Shown: positions 61,510 through 64,000 of the stretch, piece after piece
How the letters are laid out: every line of letters starts with the position of its first letter
How positions within the stretch are numbered: the stretch's first letter is position 1
DNA from: Amoebophrya sp. A120
Lineage: Eukaryota; Protista; Dinoflagellata
DNA length: 64,000 nt
Direction: 5' to 3'
NCBI GenBank assembly: GCA_905178155.1
Contig: CAJINV010000004.1
Span: 8,767,190-8,831,189 of the forward strand
Notes under the pieces: model-generated
Databases searched by the model: none
Told to the model about the DNA's origin: nothing
What the model saw: the letters and a program-made list of their open reading frames with translations, nothing else
Position numbers and translations under genes: made by a program

Positions 61510-64000
61510 GGGGGTTGGGGTTAAGGTCGCGCCCCGCGAAGGGAATCCAAGGGTGGAGGGTCGCGCCGCGCCCACGGATGGTTTGGGGGGTTCGGGATTC
61601 GCGCTGCGCCCGCGGGGGAATTCATTTCTACAGGGGGCTGCCGGGGGGGATTCGCGCCGCGCGCCGGGGAGGGGAGACTCCAGTGGGGGAATGCCGGGCG
61701 GGGGGATCGCGCCGCGCCCACGACGCGTTGGGGGGTTGGGCTTCGCGCTGCGCCGGGGGGGGCGCAAATTTCGCGAGGGGGCAGCCGGGGGGATTGGCGC
61801 CGCGCGCCGGGGGGGAACTTTAGTGGGGGGATTGCGCCGCGCCCGCGACGGGTTGGGGGGCTGGGATTCGCGCTGCGCCCAGGGGGGGTTATTTAATTTC
61901 GCGACGGGGCTTCCGGGGGGGATTCGCGCCGCGCCCGGGGGGGGTTGGGGGGCTGGGATTCGCGCTGCGCCCCGGGGGGGTGAATTTCGCGGGGGGGCTG
62001 CCGGGGGGGATTCGCGCCGCGCGCCCGGGATGGGAACTTTAATAGGGGAATACCGGGAGGGATCGCGCCGCGCCCACGACGGGTTGGGGGGTTGGGATTC
62101 GCGCTGCGCCCGGGGGGGGAACTTGAATAGGGGAATGCCGGGGGGGGGTCGCGCCGCGTCCACGACGGGTTGAGGGGTTGGGATTCGCGCTGCGCCCGGG
62201 GGGGAACTTGAATAGGGGAATGCCGGGGGGGATCGCGCCGCGCCCACGACGGGTTGGGGGGTTGGGATTCGCGCTGCGCCCGGGGGGGAACTTGAATAGG
62301 GGAATGCCGGGGGGGATCGCGCCGCGCCCACGACGGGTTGGGGGGTTGGGATTCGCGCTGCGCCCGGGGGGGAACTTGAATAGGGGAATGCCGGGGGGGA
62401 TCGCGCCGCGCCCACGACGGGTTGGGGGGTTGGGATTCGCGCTGCGCCCGGGGGGGAACTTGAATAGGGGAATGCCGGGGGGGATCGCGCCGCGCCCACG
62501 ACGGGTTGGGGGGTTGGGATTCGCGCTGCGCCCGGGGGGGAACTTGAATAGGGGAATGCCGGGGGGGATCGCGCCGCGCCCACGACGGGTTGGGGGGTTG
62601 GGATTCGCGCTGCGCCCGGGGGGGAACTTGAATAGGGGAATGCCGGGGGGGATCGCGCCGCGCCCACGACGGGTTGGGGGGTTGGGATTCGCGCTGCGCC
62701 CGGGGGGAAACTTGAATAGGGGAATGCCGGGGGGGATCGCGCCGCGCCCACGACGGGTTGGGGGGTTGGGATTCGCGCTGCACCCGGGGGGGGGAACTTG
62801 AATAGGGGAATGCCGGGGGGGATCGCGCCGCGCCCACGACGGGTTGGGGGGTTGGGACTCGCGCTGCGCCGGGGGGGAACTTGAATAGGGGAATGCCGGG
62901 GGGGATCGCGCCGCGCCCACGACGGGTTGGGGGGTTGGGATTCGCGCTGCACCCGGGGCGGGGAACTTTAATAGGGGAATGCCGGGGGGGATCGCGCCGC
63001 GCCCACGACGGGTTGGGGGGTTGGGACTCGCGCTGCGCCCGGGGGGAACTTGAATAGGGGAATGCCGGGGGGGATCGCGCCGCGCCCACGACGGGTTGGG
63101 GGGATGGGATTGGCGCTGCGCCCGGGGGGGGGAATCTTTAATAGGGGAATGCCGGGGGGGATCGCGCCGCGCCCACGACAGGTTGGGGGCTGGGATTCGC
63201 GCTGCGCCCGGGGGGGGGAACTTTAATAGGGGAATGCCGAGGGGGATCGCGCCGCGCCCACGACGGGTTGGAGGGTTGGGATTCGCGCTGCGCCCGGGGG
63301 GGGGAACTTTAATAGGGGAATGCCGGGGGGGATCGCGCCGCGCCCACGACGGGTTGGGGGGGTGGGATTCGCGCTGCGCCCGGGGGGGAACTTGAGTATG
63401 GGAATGCCGGGGGGGATCGCGCCGCGCCCACGACGGGTTGGGGGGGGTTGGGGTTCGCGCTGCGCCCGGGGGAGGAAACTTTAATAGGGGAATGCCGGGG
63501 GAGATCGCGCCGCGCCCACGGCGGTTTGGGGGGCTGGGATTCGCGCTGCGCCCAGGGGGGGGGGGTAAATTTCGCGGGGGAGATCGCGCCGCGCCCCCGG
63601 CGGGTTGGGGGGCTGGGATTCGCGCTGCGCCCGGGGAGGGGAAAACTAGGGGAATGCCGGGGGGGACCGCGCCGCGCCCACAACGCGTTGGGGGGGCTGG
63701 GGTTCGCGCCGCGCTAAGGGGGGGCTATTTAATTTCGCGACGCGGCTTCCGGGGGGGGATCGAGCCGCGCCCATGACGGGGTGGGGGGCGGGGATGCGCG
63801 CTGCGCCCAGGGGATGTATTTCGCGAGGGGGGCTGTCGGGGGGATTCGCGCCGCGCCCGGGGGTCGGGCGGGGTATGGGAGGTGGGCTGGTAGGAGAATG
63901 GCCACGGGCTGCGCAAAATCCGCGCCGCGCCCGAAGTGGGGGGCCCAGGGGGCGGGGGCAGGGAGGAATCTCTGCCCCGAACTTTTTCCGTTGTCGGGAC
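61510..64000. repeat. 84-bp G-rich satellite with a homogeneous centre and degenerate edges
   Basis: GGGGAACTTGAATAGGGGAATGCCGGGGGGGATCGCGCCGCGCCCACGACGGGTTGGGGGGTTGGGATTCGCGCTGCGCCCGG repeats near-perfectly over ~62100-63450. Confidence 0.97.

Noticed and set aside
61348-63916. 534-aa and 398-aa Pro/Arg-rich ORFs
   Set aside because: Artefact of an 84-bp (multiple of 3) GC-rich repeat that is open in several frames.
1-64000. Autonomous transposase or reverse transcriptase for the introners; tRNA or rRNA genes
   Set aside because: No DDE, tyrosine-recombinase, HUH or RT motifs, and no structural RNA, recognised by eye. A diverged one cannot be excluded without HMM or covariance-model searches.

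Overview
Eukaryotic genomic DNA, most likely from a parasitic alveolate. The intron architecture fits the syndinian dinoflagellate Amoebophrya, which is an inference. 1-21 kb is a gene-dense block, all on the + strand: a TSP1+vWA adhesin-like protein, an EML/WD40 protein, NPL4, Rab GDI and an AlkB-like 2OG-Fe(II) oxygenase. 21.5-32.3 kb is degenerate duplications and several satellites, with an N gap. 33-58 kb holds hypothetical or degenerate genes, including a PAN/apple-like protein, plus a hairpin-core repeat array. 61.5-64 kb is an 84-bp G-rich satellite. The dominant signal is about 21 non-coding elements of 150-320 bp inside coding sequence. They start TAT, end ATA (one degenerate copy ends AGA), carry terminal inverted repeats from several unrelated families and are mostly flanked by a 5-bp direct repeat. 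Removing the element plus one repeat restores the reading frame, including conserved NPL4 and Rab GDI sequence, mostly without GT-AG ends, so they behave as transposon-derived non-canonical introns (introners). The sequence also shows homologous elements in both orientations within + strand genes, two elements only 7 nt apart, a geometric route to canonical GT-AG introns, and a GCATGACA motif shared with canonical introns. All splicing is reconstructed by eye, without transcript data.
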